64,000 nt of DNA, taken from NCBI GenBank assembly GCA_038523235.1, contig JBCBJQ010000012.1:35307-99306 (forward strand), written 5' to 3'. The position numbers and the translations under genes were made by a program. Of the stretch, positions 33,001 to 39,032 are shown in pieces (positions within the stretch are counted from its first letter, which is position 1; each line of letters begins with the position of its first letter). Origin of the DNA: Cyanobacteria bacterium J06626_4 (GTDB taxonomy: Bacteria > Cyanobacteriota > Cyanobacteriia > Phormidesmidales > Phormidesmidaceae). The notes beneath the pieces were generated by a model, which was given only the letters and a program-made list of their open reading frames with translations, did no database searches and had not been told where the DNA came from.

Positions 33001-34723
33001 GCTCCTCATTGGGACGCCCACTGACCTTGCCGACAGCAACGGGACGCCGATTGGCACGCTGCAATTAAACAACGATGGTGCCTTCACCTTTACGCCGGCA
33101 AGCGGCTATCTCGGCCCTGTTCCGGCTGTCACGTATACCGTTTCTGACGGCACCTTATCTGACCAGGCGATCTTAAGCTTTAGCGATGTCAGAGCCAGCG
33201 TTGGCAGAGGTACCGGTGGCGCTGACACCATCATTGGCGGCGATGGCGATGATGTGATCAACGGGTTGAGTGACAACGACTATCTTGATGGCGGGGCGGG
33301 TAACGACGTTATCAATGGCGGTAGTGAACGCGATATTGTCATCGGTGGCATCGGCGATGATGCCCTCAACGGCGGTAGCGGCGACGATGAGATGACCGCC
33401 GGTACTGGTAACGACGTCGCTAATGGCGGTAGCGGCAACGATCGCATCACCGGCGATGACGGAGAAGACTTGCTCAATGGCGGCAGTGGCGATGACACCC
33501 TGGATGGTGGCAACGGCGACGATGTGCTGCAGGGCAGTAGTGGCAATGATTTGCTGCTGGGGCAGGCCGGTGACGACTTCCTCGATGGGGGCCGTGATAA
33601 CGATATCCTCGCGGGTGGTGATGGTGCTGACACCCTCACGGGGGGCCAAGGCGATGACATCTTCCGGTTCTCAGCGGTCAGTGAGTTTGGCGATACGATT
33701 GTGGACTTTGAAATCGTCAGCGATCGCCTCCAATTCACTAATATCCCCGGCCTATCTAGCAACACCGTCCAGTTTCGTCAGCAAGGTCTAGACACGATTG
33801 TCGAAGCAACGGTCAATGGTGCTATCTCAACGGTGGCAACATTAAAGGACGTCAACGCCTTCACTTTAGGGAATGAACACCTCATCTTTGGGGACACCAT
33901 TCCTGCTGGCAGTCCGGCGGATAGTTCGTCTGCGGGAACAACTGCTGGGCCGACGGCTGGGCCATCTCGTCCCAGAACGCTGACACTAGCTCAGGCTGAC
34001 GACTACCTGGCCTCTAACATTGACCTGTTAAAGGCGTTTGGCTATAACCTGGCCGCCGCCCAAAACCACTATGCACAGTTTGGTTTCCAAGAGAATCGAG
34101 CCATCGATACCTTCGACGAAGATCTCTATCTGGCTTCCAATGGCGACCTGATTACCGCATTTGGTTACAACCTGGAGGCGGCGACTCAGCACTATATCCA
34201 AAGCGGCTATGCCGAAGGACGATCAACTCAAGGGTTTAAGTCGGAGGAATATCTGCAGTCTCGCTCAGATTTGCAAGCAGCCTTCGGCAACGATTCAACA
34301 GCGGCCACCCGCCACTATATCGAAACCGGCTATGCCGAAAGCCGAGACCCCTTGCTCGGTTTTGACGGGGGTGAGTACATTGCGTCCTACGCTGATTTAG
34401 CCAGCAACTTTGGCTATGACCCGCAGCGAGGTCTGCAGCACTACATCGAGCATGGCTATGCCGAGGGTCGACGGGTAACCTTTGAAGCCGATGATTATAT
34501 TGCCTCGCACGGTGACTTAATTCAGGCTTTTGGCACGAATTTTGATGCAGGTACTGAGCACTATATCCGCCTCGGGATGAGTGAAGGTCGGGCAATTGAT
34601 ACGTTTGATGAAGTTGCGTATCTGAATAAATACGCTGATTTGCAAGCGGCTTTTGGGAACGATTTGCAAGCGGCGACCCAGCACTACATCACCAGCGGTT
34701 TCTTTGAAGGCAGAACTGTTTAG
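21089..34723 (+). CDS. Giant repetitive Ca2+-binding surface protein/adhesin (DUF4347, cadherin-like/Ig repeats, RTX nonapeptides, C-terminal helical repeats)
   Basis: N-terminal 'HILTHGSPG..QLG...IYGCNVA...LGGNWDL' (DUF4347), many xNDAP-linked cadherin-like modules, a GGxGxDxLx tract at ~33.2-33.7 kb and six 'YLAS..DL..AFG...A..HY...G..EGR' repeats. Confidence 0.93.
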   Translation: MSQYALSTGIKILFVDSSIHGYQDLTAGLRSEYQWHLIDAAHDGIEHITQTLSQHYSADRIQEIHILTHGSPGCLQLGHAQLSLETLDTYSQSLQQWFATAGSADAPQLVIYGCNVAAGDAGAEFVERLHHLTGAEIAASSTLVGSAALGGNWDLDYSTDRAAAGMPIRSEVLAAYAGVLVNPPTITDAATAVRATAEETALTITDITIDDSEASDTQTVTLSVAQGIITLASTANLTGLTGDGTGAVSFSGTLTDINNAINGMSYTPATDFSGDDSLSITVNDGDQTATSAIALGVTPDNDTPAIAPTSLSVLEGNSGAFAAVNFGIEDVDNEDVQIIVKIASRPGKGTLKFDGNFLVPGSTFSYDQIDKLEYFHDGTQTTDTGGTEDSFTVTVDDGAGGTIAETTIPITITPVNQLPTATGKNTLFEGQADYAVTIAISDPDQTAANYTIELASLPEDGVLKFNGTAVTKGQTFSSADLTKFTYSHDGNDEGFGNPPPDSFDIIVTDDGGGTGTPGSTTATIDLNIKPNNDDPILVNNNGLSINTDTGLTKVITAADLSVSDPDSATTQLTYTLTTAPDPTLGKLEVFNGSVWQSIGVGVGFTQDDLDSNRVRYTFHKDSGGDESFTDSFQFQVRDGEIREYPSEREGGIWNADGSDLETLTFTINTVVPPNGSGGAGGTQNPEVTSNTPPVTDINVGIAGVDEGSVTTIDATLLRSTDTDNLPSEIVYRITSLPTSGSIQLKGTALGLFSSFTQDDVDNDRVTFKHAGGEDFIDNFGFTVSDGTNVTFEETFTIDVTPINDAPTIAAQGSPFLKEGDSLIIDETYISLGDVDGSGEKKNTTEFSTVNDLTFKVTDLPDNGTLQVDQGSGFEDVTTSTIITQAQLNDDKLRYVHGGEEQFADSFVVQANDNTTAANNLSNQATINLTIASLNDDPSEVSTQSLKVDEAGTGTIRGEDGQANGEPYILYTDPDNSTIQRQYRITDATDHGTLFLNGKALSVGSVFTQADLDSDRITYTHDGSEDHLDGFSFTVSDGGGAAVPGSYVINIDPANSTPELKVPDEQTFDTDAPLTFNAANNNRITVDDIDLETLTTPGETDVLRVTVDLQAGGATYTNSTLTLGSTTDLTVTGNNGVQGGTVTFEGTKDAVQAALDGLQVQVPTDEDRELSLVVTVNDLNNGGPDPDPAPAGYTTTVTETIKLFTSNDNDAPVVDAPTAVTVTEDIAFGFADGNTIKITDVDAFNSTSNTVTLEVNEGTITVGNPALITGGANGSDTVTLTGSLDDINAAIANLTYKGDKNFNGSDTLTITANDQGNTGLDNKNASEPQEVFETVAITLEPANDAPTLEAPDAIQTITETNPKVFSTGNKNAITIDDLADAPPFGTDDFTVTVKATNEADGLAYGTLTATTGTGATITGQGSDTLTLSGTKTQINDALDGLSYTPDTYNSETTVNLAVVVNDKANGGPGALTATDDITLQVSSINDAPVVTNPNTVVATEDQVFSFTGADKLFIDDPDDFGNPMTVTLAVGKGDLTLGTTTGLTFDAGSNGSEAMTITGTEADLNAALATLTYKGDQDFNGADALSFKVNDLGNTGSGPDGIVDDTISITVNPVNDAPTRNGGRNVDFDTNEDDTPAGTTVEDLFLSKFVDVADDVTGGSTANDFAGIAIYRNNANLTTQGKWQWSDDGNTWNDLATNVSNAAAVVLPPTAKLRFLPNADFNGQPGDLRLRLIDSSQGTVTAGAVTDVRTNGGITRYSNNDNDLRLRTDVIAINDAPIATGASTLTAVDEDATNPPGDTVTNLFTDRFNDATDTVPDGSTANGLAGVAVVGNAATTEGTWQYFDGTAWQAVGNPSDTNALLVGATDRFRFVPSANYNGPVPALTVHLIDDSAGAVTTGDTVDLSGVGAIGATTPYSSATVPLTSQINPVNDTPGLNALGGTVDFTENETPVVLDDDASVEDLELDAIDDWNGATLTLERDAGANNEDVFGNSGTLGALTEGNTVTVDGTAIATVTTNSDGTLTLTFNNNATSALVTEALQQITYSNTSEDPPASVDIAYTLNDGNTGAQGSGGALTAIGSVTVDIEAVNDAPVATDDGPVAVTEDTEFTGSVITGLGEDTDVDSDTLTVQSATVDINGDGNQQTLPIGAATALKDNNGDPIGTLTLNTDGTFTFDPADNYVGPVPAVSYIITDGELTDDAVLTFSDVTPVNDAPVAVDDGPVDVTEDTPVNGSVITGLGDDTDIDGDNLTVESATVDINGDGNQQQLTIGAATALKDNNGDPIGTLALNQDGTFTFDPADNYVGPIPSVTYTITDGELTDEAVLTFNPVSPVNDAPEATNDGPVTVTEDTEATGSVITGLGDDTDVDGDTLTVESATVDINGDGNQQPLTIGTATPLTANNGDPIGTLTLNANGTFTFDPADNYIGPVPQVNYTITDGVETDDAVLTFSNVTPVNDAPVAVNDGPVDVTEDTEATGNVIIGLGDDTDIDGDTLTVIAATVDINGDGSQQPLTINTSTTLTNGGQIIGALQLNADGTFSFTPAPNYTGPVPSVTYTISDGELTDDAVLTFNNVSPVPDAPVAVDDGPVTVTEDTLVNGSVITGLGDDTDVDGDTLTVESATVDINGDGNQQPLTIGTATPLTANNGDPIGTLTLNTDGTFTFDPADNYIGPVPQVTYTITDGALTDTAVLRFRDVSSVNDAPVAVNDGPVAVTEDTPVNGSVISGLGDDTDVENDPLTVTAATVDINGDGNQPPLTIGTPTTLLDNSGNPIGKLQLNGDGTFTFTPAANYTGPVPQVTYTISDGIDTDDAVLTFQDVSPVNDAPVAINDGPVTVPEDTTVTGSVINGLGDDTDVDGDMLTVTEATVDIDGDGIQDTLPLGTPTPLTDNGGNPIGTLQLNADGTFSFTPAPNYTGAEPPVTYTISDGQLTDTAVLTFKDVDAINDAPVATDDGPVAVTEDTPVNGSVITGLGEDTDLENDPLTVTEATVDINGDGSQQTLPIGTLTTLTNNGAIIGTLQLNADGTFTFTPVVNYTGPVPAVTYTISDGNDTDTAVLTFQDVSPVNDAPVAVNDGPVTVTEDTEATGSVITGLGNDTDVDGDDLTVTAATVDINGDGNQQPLTIGSSTALRDSNGDPIGILTLNADGTFAFDPADNYIGPVPQVNYTITDGELTDDAVLTFSDVNAVNDAPVATDDGPVDVTEDTPVNGSVISGLGDDTDVDGDTLTVQSATVDINGDGIQQPLTIGNPTTLRDNSGNPIGKLQLNGDGTFTFTPAANYTGPVPQVTYTITDGELTDTAVLTFKDVSAVNDAPVAIKDGPVNVTEDTPVNGSVITGLGDDTDVDGDDLTVQSATVDTNGDGTPDNLPIGTATNLLNSNGDPIGTLTLNQDGTFVFAPALNYTGPVPTVNYVITDGIETDDAILVFNNVAPVNDAPVATDDGPVDVTEDTPATGSVITGLGDDTDVEDDDLTVEFATVDINGDGNQQPLTIGIATPLRTNNGDPIGTLTLNQDGTFIFDPADNYVGPVPSVTYTITDGNLTDDAVLTFSNVTPVNDAPVAVDDGPVAVTEDTEATGSVINGLGNDTDVDGDNLTVQSATVDINGNGNPDNLPIGTPTALTNNNGDPIGTLTLNDDGTFTFDPADNYVGPVPQVNYTITDGNLTDDAVLTFSDVTPVNDAPVAVDDGPVTVTEDTPATGSVITGLGNDTDVEGSPLTVQSATVDINGDGNQQPLTIGTATPLTANNGDPIGTLTLNQDGTFTFDPADNYVGPVPTVNYTITDGELIDTAALTFSPVSPVNDAPVATDDGPVDVTEDTPVNGSVITGLGDDTDIDGDPLTIQSATVDLNGDGTPDALPIGTPTALTNSNGDPIGTLTLNPDGTFSFSPAANYTGPVPAVTYTVTDGTDTDTAVLTFNNVSPVNDAPIAVDDGPVDVIKDTPATGSVITGLGDDIEVDGEPLTVTAATVDTNGDGTPDPLLIGTPTDLADSNGTPIGTLQLNNDGAFTFTPASGYLGPVPAVTYTVSDGTLSDQAILSFSDVRASVGRGTGGADTIIGGDGDDVINGLSDNDYLDGGAGNDVINGGSERDIVIGGIGDDALNGGSGDDEMTAGTGNDVANGGSGNDRITGDDGEDLLNGGSGDDTLDGGNGDDVLQGSSGNDLLLGQAGDDFLDGGRDNDILAGGDGADTLTGGQGDDIFRFSAVSEFGDTIVDFEIVSDRLQFTNIPGLSSNTVQFRQQGLDTIVEATVNGAISTVATLKDVNAFTLGNEHLIFGDTIPAGSPADSSSAGTTAGPTAGPSRPRTLTLAQADDYLASNIDLLKAFGYNLAAAQNHYAQFGFQENRAIDTFDEDLYLASNGDLITAFGYNLEAATQHYIQSGYAEGRSTQGFKSEEYLQSRSDLQAAFGNDSTAATRHYIETGYAESRDPLLGFDGGEYIASYADLASNFGYDPQRGLQHYIEHGYAEGRRVTFEADDYIASHGDLIQAFGTNFDAGTEHYIRLGMSEGRAIDTFDEVAYLNKYADLQAAFGNDLQAATQHYITSGFFEGRTV
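27347..33190 (+). repeat. 16 tandem 363-366-bp coding repeats (121-122 aa each)
   Basis: Unit starts (VNDAP) at 27347, 27713, 28079, 28445 ... 32831; each unit carries a D(I/T/L)(N/D)G(D/N)G loop. Confidence 0.92.
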
Positions 34724-34840
34724 CCGAAGCAGGTGGCAGTGGCGGTAGTCGCGATCGCCACCTATTTTGGCTGCTTATTTTTCGGGCAACCGCTTGGTTG
34801 CTCTCCTTGCTGCATTTACCCACTCTCGAGTTCAAATCCT

Positions 34841-37564
34841 ATGAACACGCACACGCCCCGTCTACTCTCGATCCACGCGACCTTAAGCCTCATCTTGCTA
34901 GGGTTTCCCGTTGCCGCGTTAGCACAAGTGGAATCTATTGAAACCAATGGAACAGATGACGTTGCCGATGCGTCAGCGCTCGCGAATGGGATTTCTTCCA
35001 CTTATTTGACGATCGATCAGCTAATTGCGCACTCCGTTGACGCTTTTCTCGCCACCACTGAGAACGTCGTGATGGCTCAGACCCCCGAATCCACTGCGGC
35101 GGTCGTCGAAGCCCTGACCATTCAGCCTCGCTTTGGGGTCGGGTACATTACCGACGGCGGTAGCCACAGCAGCTTGGGACGATTTGAGGCGTTTGTACCC
35201 TTGGATCAAGAGCCCGGTGAAACCATCAGTTTTTTAGAAGGTCGCCTAGTGCTGGGCGAAAACGATGATGTTGGCGGGTCGCTGCTGTTAGGTTACCGAG
35301 GCTATCGGAACGCTCAGAATCGGATTCGTGGTGGCTACGTCGGCCTGGACGCTCGCAACACGGGCAACAGCGACTTTTTTCAGGTGGGGGCGGGCTATGA
35401 AAGCTTAGGGGACGACTGGGATTTTCGCTTCAATGGCTATTTGCCCTTAGGCGATCGCTCCAACACCATCAACGACACCACGATTGATGGTGCCTTTCAG
35501 GTATCGACTGGCTTTGTTGCCAATCAATTTGTGCTCAACAGTCAACGTCAACGGCAACGGCTCTTTCAACAGGAATATGCTCTTGGCGGCTTTGATGCCG
35601 AAGCCGGATATCGCCTCATACGGTGGGATGCGGGCGATTTGCAAGCGTTTGGCGGGCTGTACTTATACGATTCTCCCGATACTCCCACCTATTTAGGCTG
35701 GCGAATTCGCTTAGCCTCTAACTTCACACCGAACTTTAACGGTGGGCTGTCGCTGCAGGATGATGGCCTGTTTGGCACCCGCTTAGTACTCTCTGTCGGG
35801 GCGACTTTTCCAGGCACTCGCGCTAATGACTCTGAAGATCCGGTCGAACGCGTTCAGGCTCGCCTTGGCGATCCCACTGTGCGATCGCCAGAAATTGCCG
35901 TGTTCTTAGATGAAGACCGAGAAACGATATTTGAATCGAACTCTGGTCCCTTAATTAATCCAGAAGAGGAACAAGCCTATCGTTTTCAGCATGTGACCCT
36001 AGGCGCCACCGGCGGTGACGGTACCTTTGAAAATCCTTTTGGCACCGTTCAAGAAGCACTCGATGCCACGAGCCGTGATGGCAATGATGTGGTGTATGTC
36101 GATGGTAGCAATGCGATCGACATTCCGGCCTTTACCATTCCTGAGCGTGTTCGTGTCATCTCTCAAGGGCCTGCCCAGACCCTCGCCGGTTTACCGTTTC
36201 CCGGTTTTGAGACGGGGCCAGTCCGGTTGCCGTTCTCACCAACCACTAATTTCGCCGAGGGCATTGTCGTTGACCTACCACTTTCGGGCGATGGCAATTT
36301 CCCTAACATCACTGATGGCGTTACTTTAGGAAATCGGACAGTGCTAGCCGGTTTTCGCATTGATAATGCTGCTGGGGACGCGATCGTCGGTAGCAACATT
36401 CGCAACACCGAACTGCGCAACAATACCATTACCAACCCTGGTGGCCGCGGCATTGCCTTCAATAATGTGGGCGGCAGTGTGGTGACTTTTGACAATATCA
36501 TTCGCAATTCAGCGGGATCGAGCATCTTTGTCGAAAACACCACCTCGACGCAGAGGCTCGATCTATCGATCATTGGCTACGAAGTGACCGGTAGTGGCAA
36601 TATCGGTATGGAGTTCGTGAACTTGCCAACTGGCGGGGCGCTCGGTGCCCCCAGCCAGATCATCTCCGTGCAGCCGAGCGATGCTAGCTTAAACACCAGC
36701 CAGGGCAACAGTGGCGGTGAGATACCGGCCAATGCCATTACCAATAGTACGAACCAAGGCATCGTGTTGCAAGCGACAGGCACCGCTCGCAACAACGCTT
36801 CCACTCAAGAGTTTTCTTTTGATGGCGGTTTGATTAGCGGGAACGGCAGTAGCGGTGTCCTGGCGTCCTCTAATCTAAATGGCGGTTCTCAAGAGATCTT
36901 GGTGACCAACAGCACGATTAGCAACAATGCTGGGGCTGGGGTCGAAGTTGTGAACGGCGGTGCAGTTATTGCCGAAACTGCCTCTGCCCAAGAACTGTTC
37001 CTCCGCAATAATGAAATCCTCGATAACGGCGGCTCGGGCGTTGATGTTACCCTCAACGCTTTAGGCGCGCAGGAAATCACCGTAAATGACAACCGGATTT
37101 TGAGAAACGGGGGCGATGGTATTCGATCCGTAGCCAATGCAGGTTTGCAAGAGTTCCCGATTTTAGAAGACGGTAGTGCCGGTATCACCAGCAACACCAT
37201 CAGCGGTAATGCGGAACAAGCGATCGACGTAGAAGCCAATGGCGATGCCGTGATTGCCGTTCTCAACGCCCGTGAAAACACCCTTGAGAATAATAGTGGC
37301 GGGGCCAATGTTGTCGATATCGACGTAGCGGCAACCTCGACCAACAACAGCGTCTGTACAGTGATTTTGAGCAATACTGTACCGACTGGGATTAGACTAA
37401 CAACCTTCAGCAACAATCCCACCAATCAAGCGCTATATCTCGTACAAAACTTGAATACAGTGTCATTTGAAAATAACGGTGCCTTGGTAGAGCTCATTAA
37501 CGGCAGCACCGGGTTGTCCGATCCGGCAGCATTCAGTAACGAAACAGGCTTCTGCATTCCCTAG
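34841..37564 (+). CDS. Outer-membrane protein with inverse-autotransporter-like N-terminal beta-barrel and right-handed beta-helix passenger
   Basis: Sec signal; amphipathic strands 'GGSLLLGYRGY...GGYVGLD...FFQVGAGYESLG..WDFRFNGYLPLG'; 'GDGTFENPFGTVQEAL' cap followed by N/G-rich 'N.I..N...G' repeats. Confidence 0.75.
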   Translation: MNTHTPRLLSIHATLSLILLGFPVAALAQVESIETNGTDDVADASALANGISSTYLTIDQLIAHSVDAFLATTENVVMAQTPESTAAVVEALTIQPRFGVGYITDGGSHSSLGRFEAFVPLDQEPGETISFLEGRLVLGENDDVGGSLLLGYRGYRNAQNRIRGGYVGLDARNTGNSDFFQVGAGYESLGDDWDFRFNGYLPLGDRSNTINDTTIDGAFQVSTGFVANQFVLNSQRQRQRLFQQEYALGGFDAEAGYRLIRWDAGDLQAFGGLYLYDSPDTPTYLGWRIRLASNFTPNFNGGLSLQDDGLFGTRLVLSVGATFPGTRANDSEDPVERVQARLGDPTVRSPEIAVFLDEDRETIFESNSGPLINPEEEQAYRFQHVTLGATGGDGTFENPFGTVQEALDATSRDGNDVVYVDGSNAIDIPAFTIPERVRVISQGPAQTLAGLPFPGFETGPVRLPFSPTTNFAEGIVVDLPLSGDGNFPNITDGVTLGNRTVLAGFRIDNAAGDAIVGSNIRNTELRNNTITNPGGRGIAFNNVGGSVVTFDNIIRNSAGSSIFVENTTSTQRLDLSIIGYEVTGSGNIGMEFVNLPTGGALGAPSQIISVQPSDASLNTSQGNSGGEIPANAITNSTNQGIVLQATGTARNNASTQEFSFDGGLISGNGSSGVLASSNLNGGSQEILVTNSTISNNAGAGVEVVNGGAVIAETASAQELFLRNNEILDNGGSGVDVTLNALGAQEITVNDNRILRNGGDGIRSVANAGLQEFPILEDGSAGITSNTISGNAEQAIDVEANGDAVIAVLNARENTLENNSGGANVVDIDVAATSTNNSVCTVILSNTVPTGIRLTTFSNNPTNQALYLVQNLNTVSFENNGALVELINGSTGLSDPAAFSNETGFCIP

Positions 37565-37596
37565 GCAGGCTGTTTACGCTGAGCCCTCCAAAAACT

Positions 37597-38991
37597 CTAT
37601 GGGGCAGTGACCGGGACGTTGGCCTGCAGATGAGCCAGCATCAAAGGGAAAACATCAACAGCAGTAATAGACTCTTGCCGCATCAAGTCACGTTGACGAG
37701 TGATGAAGACAGGACAGTCACCGGGCTGCGGCGTGAGGTGACCGTGCGAGCCTTTCACCAGAGTGGCATCGAGGGGAATCACATCCATCAGGTAGCGGAA
37801 GCCGAGTTGCTTCTTGAGGAGTTTGGCAGCCACTTTGAGTTTGGGGGCGTTGAAGGCCGGGTTGATGAAGAGTTCGACGGGGTCGTAACCGGGCTTACGA
37901 TGGATATCGACGGTGCGAGCAAAGTCAGGGGCCCGGCTGTCGTCCAGCCAATAGTAGTAGGTGAACCAGGCTGCTGGTTCCGCGACAGCCACAAGTTCGC
38001 CAGCGCGATCGTGATCAAGGTGATATTCGCGCTTACCCGCTTCGTCCAGCACATAATCGATGCCGTCGGCCTGCTCTAGCAATTGCTGCACTGTGGACAA
38101 CACAGCGGGGTCGTTGATGTAAACGTGGGCCAGTTGGTGATCGGCGACGGCAAAGGCCTGACTCGCTCCAGCATCGAGGATTTCCAAGCCCAGTTCTTCC
38201 CGCACTTGCAGTAGCCCAGCGTCTCGCAGCAGACGATTGATGTGAACAGGTTTATTAACTGGAGTGATGCCGTACTCGGAGAGTACAATCACTTGAGCCC
38301 CCTGGTTCTCATAGAAATCAATGAGGTCGCCGCACAGGTCATCAATTTCATTCAAGTCTTGAGCGATTTGGTCAGGTTCGCAGCCCACCTTTTGCAAACA
38401 GTAGTCCAGATGCGGCAAATAAATCAGCGTCAGAGTGGGATGGACGCGCTGTTCGATCCACTTAGCAGAGTTGGCAATCCACTGACTAGAGGCTATAGAG
38501 GTGGCCGGCCCCCAAAACTTGAAGAGGGGAAACTGGCCCAGTTCAGCCTGTAATTGAGGACGCAAACTTGTCGGCTGAGTATAAATATCCGGCAGCTTGC
38601 GGCCATCAGCGGGATACATCGGGCGGGGGGTGACTGTGTAGTCGGCTGTGGAATACATGTTGTACCACCAGAACAGATTGGCACAGGTGAAACTGGAGTC
38701 GATTTGGCGAGCGACATCCCAAATTTTGGGCGTCTGGACAAGCTTGTTGGACTGTCGCCAGAACTTGATTTCGCAGTCGTCCCGGAAGTACCAGCCATTG
38801 GCCACAATGCCTGTTTCGCTGGGCCATTGACCTGTCAGGTAGGTACTTTGAGCGGTGCAGGTGACGGCAGGCAGGACGGGCTGAATCGTGGCTAGCTGTC
38901 CCGCTTGCATCCAACGCTGGAGCTTGGGAGTGTGTGGGCCAATCAGGCGAGAGCTGAGACCGACGACGTTGATGACGACCGTTTTTTTCAT
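37597..38991 (-). CDS. eboF: EboF, alkaline phosphatase/nucleotide pyrophosphatase family
   Basis: 'VVINVVGL', 'LPAVTCTAQSTYLTG', 'YLPHLDY', 'DIHRKPGYDPVELF', 'VKGSHG'; position in the cluster. Confidence 0.9.
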   Translation of the reverse strand: MKKTVVINVVGLSSRLIGPHTPKLQRWMQAGQLATIQPVLPAVTCTAQSTYLTGQWPSETGIVANGWYFRDDCEIKFWRQSNKLVQTPKIWDVARQIDSSFTCANLFWWYNMYSTADYTVTPRPMYPADGRKLPDIYTQPTSLRPQLQAELGQFPLFKFWGPATSIASSQWIANSAKWIEQRVHPTLTLIYLPHLDYCLQKVGCEPDQIAQDLNEIDDLCGDLIDFYENQGAQVIVLSEYGITPVNKPVHINRLLRDAGLLQVREELGLEILDAGASQAFAVADHQLAHVYINDPAVLSTVQQLLEQADGIDYVLDEAGKREYHLDHDRAGELVAVAEPAAWFTYYYWLDDSRAPDFARTVDIHRKPGYDPVELFINPAFNAPKLKVAAKLLKKQLGFRYLMDVIPLDATLVKGSHGHLTPQPGDCPVFITRQRDLMRQESITAVDVFPLMLAHLQANVPVTAP

Positions 38992-39032
38992 GGGGTGACG
39001 CTACTGTGAGCAAATAAGGAACAACTAAGTCG

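Noticed and set aside
27347..33190. Regularly spaced repeats considered as a CRISPR array or a diversity-generating template/variable pair
   Set aside because: In-frame ~366-bp coding repeats with no unique spacers, no cas or reverse transcriptase gene, and no adenine-specific variation apparent
21797..33765. Numerous repeated minus-strand ORFs (up to 335 aa) inside the giant gene
   Set aside because: Shadow frames produced by the D/T/G/N codon bias and the tandem repeats
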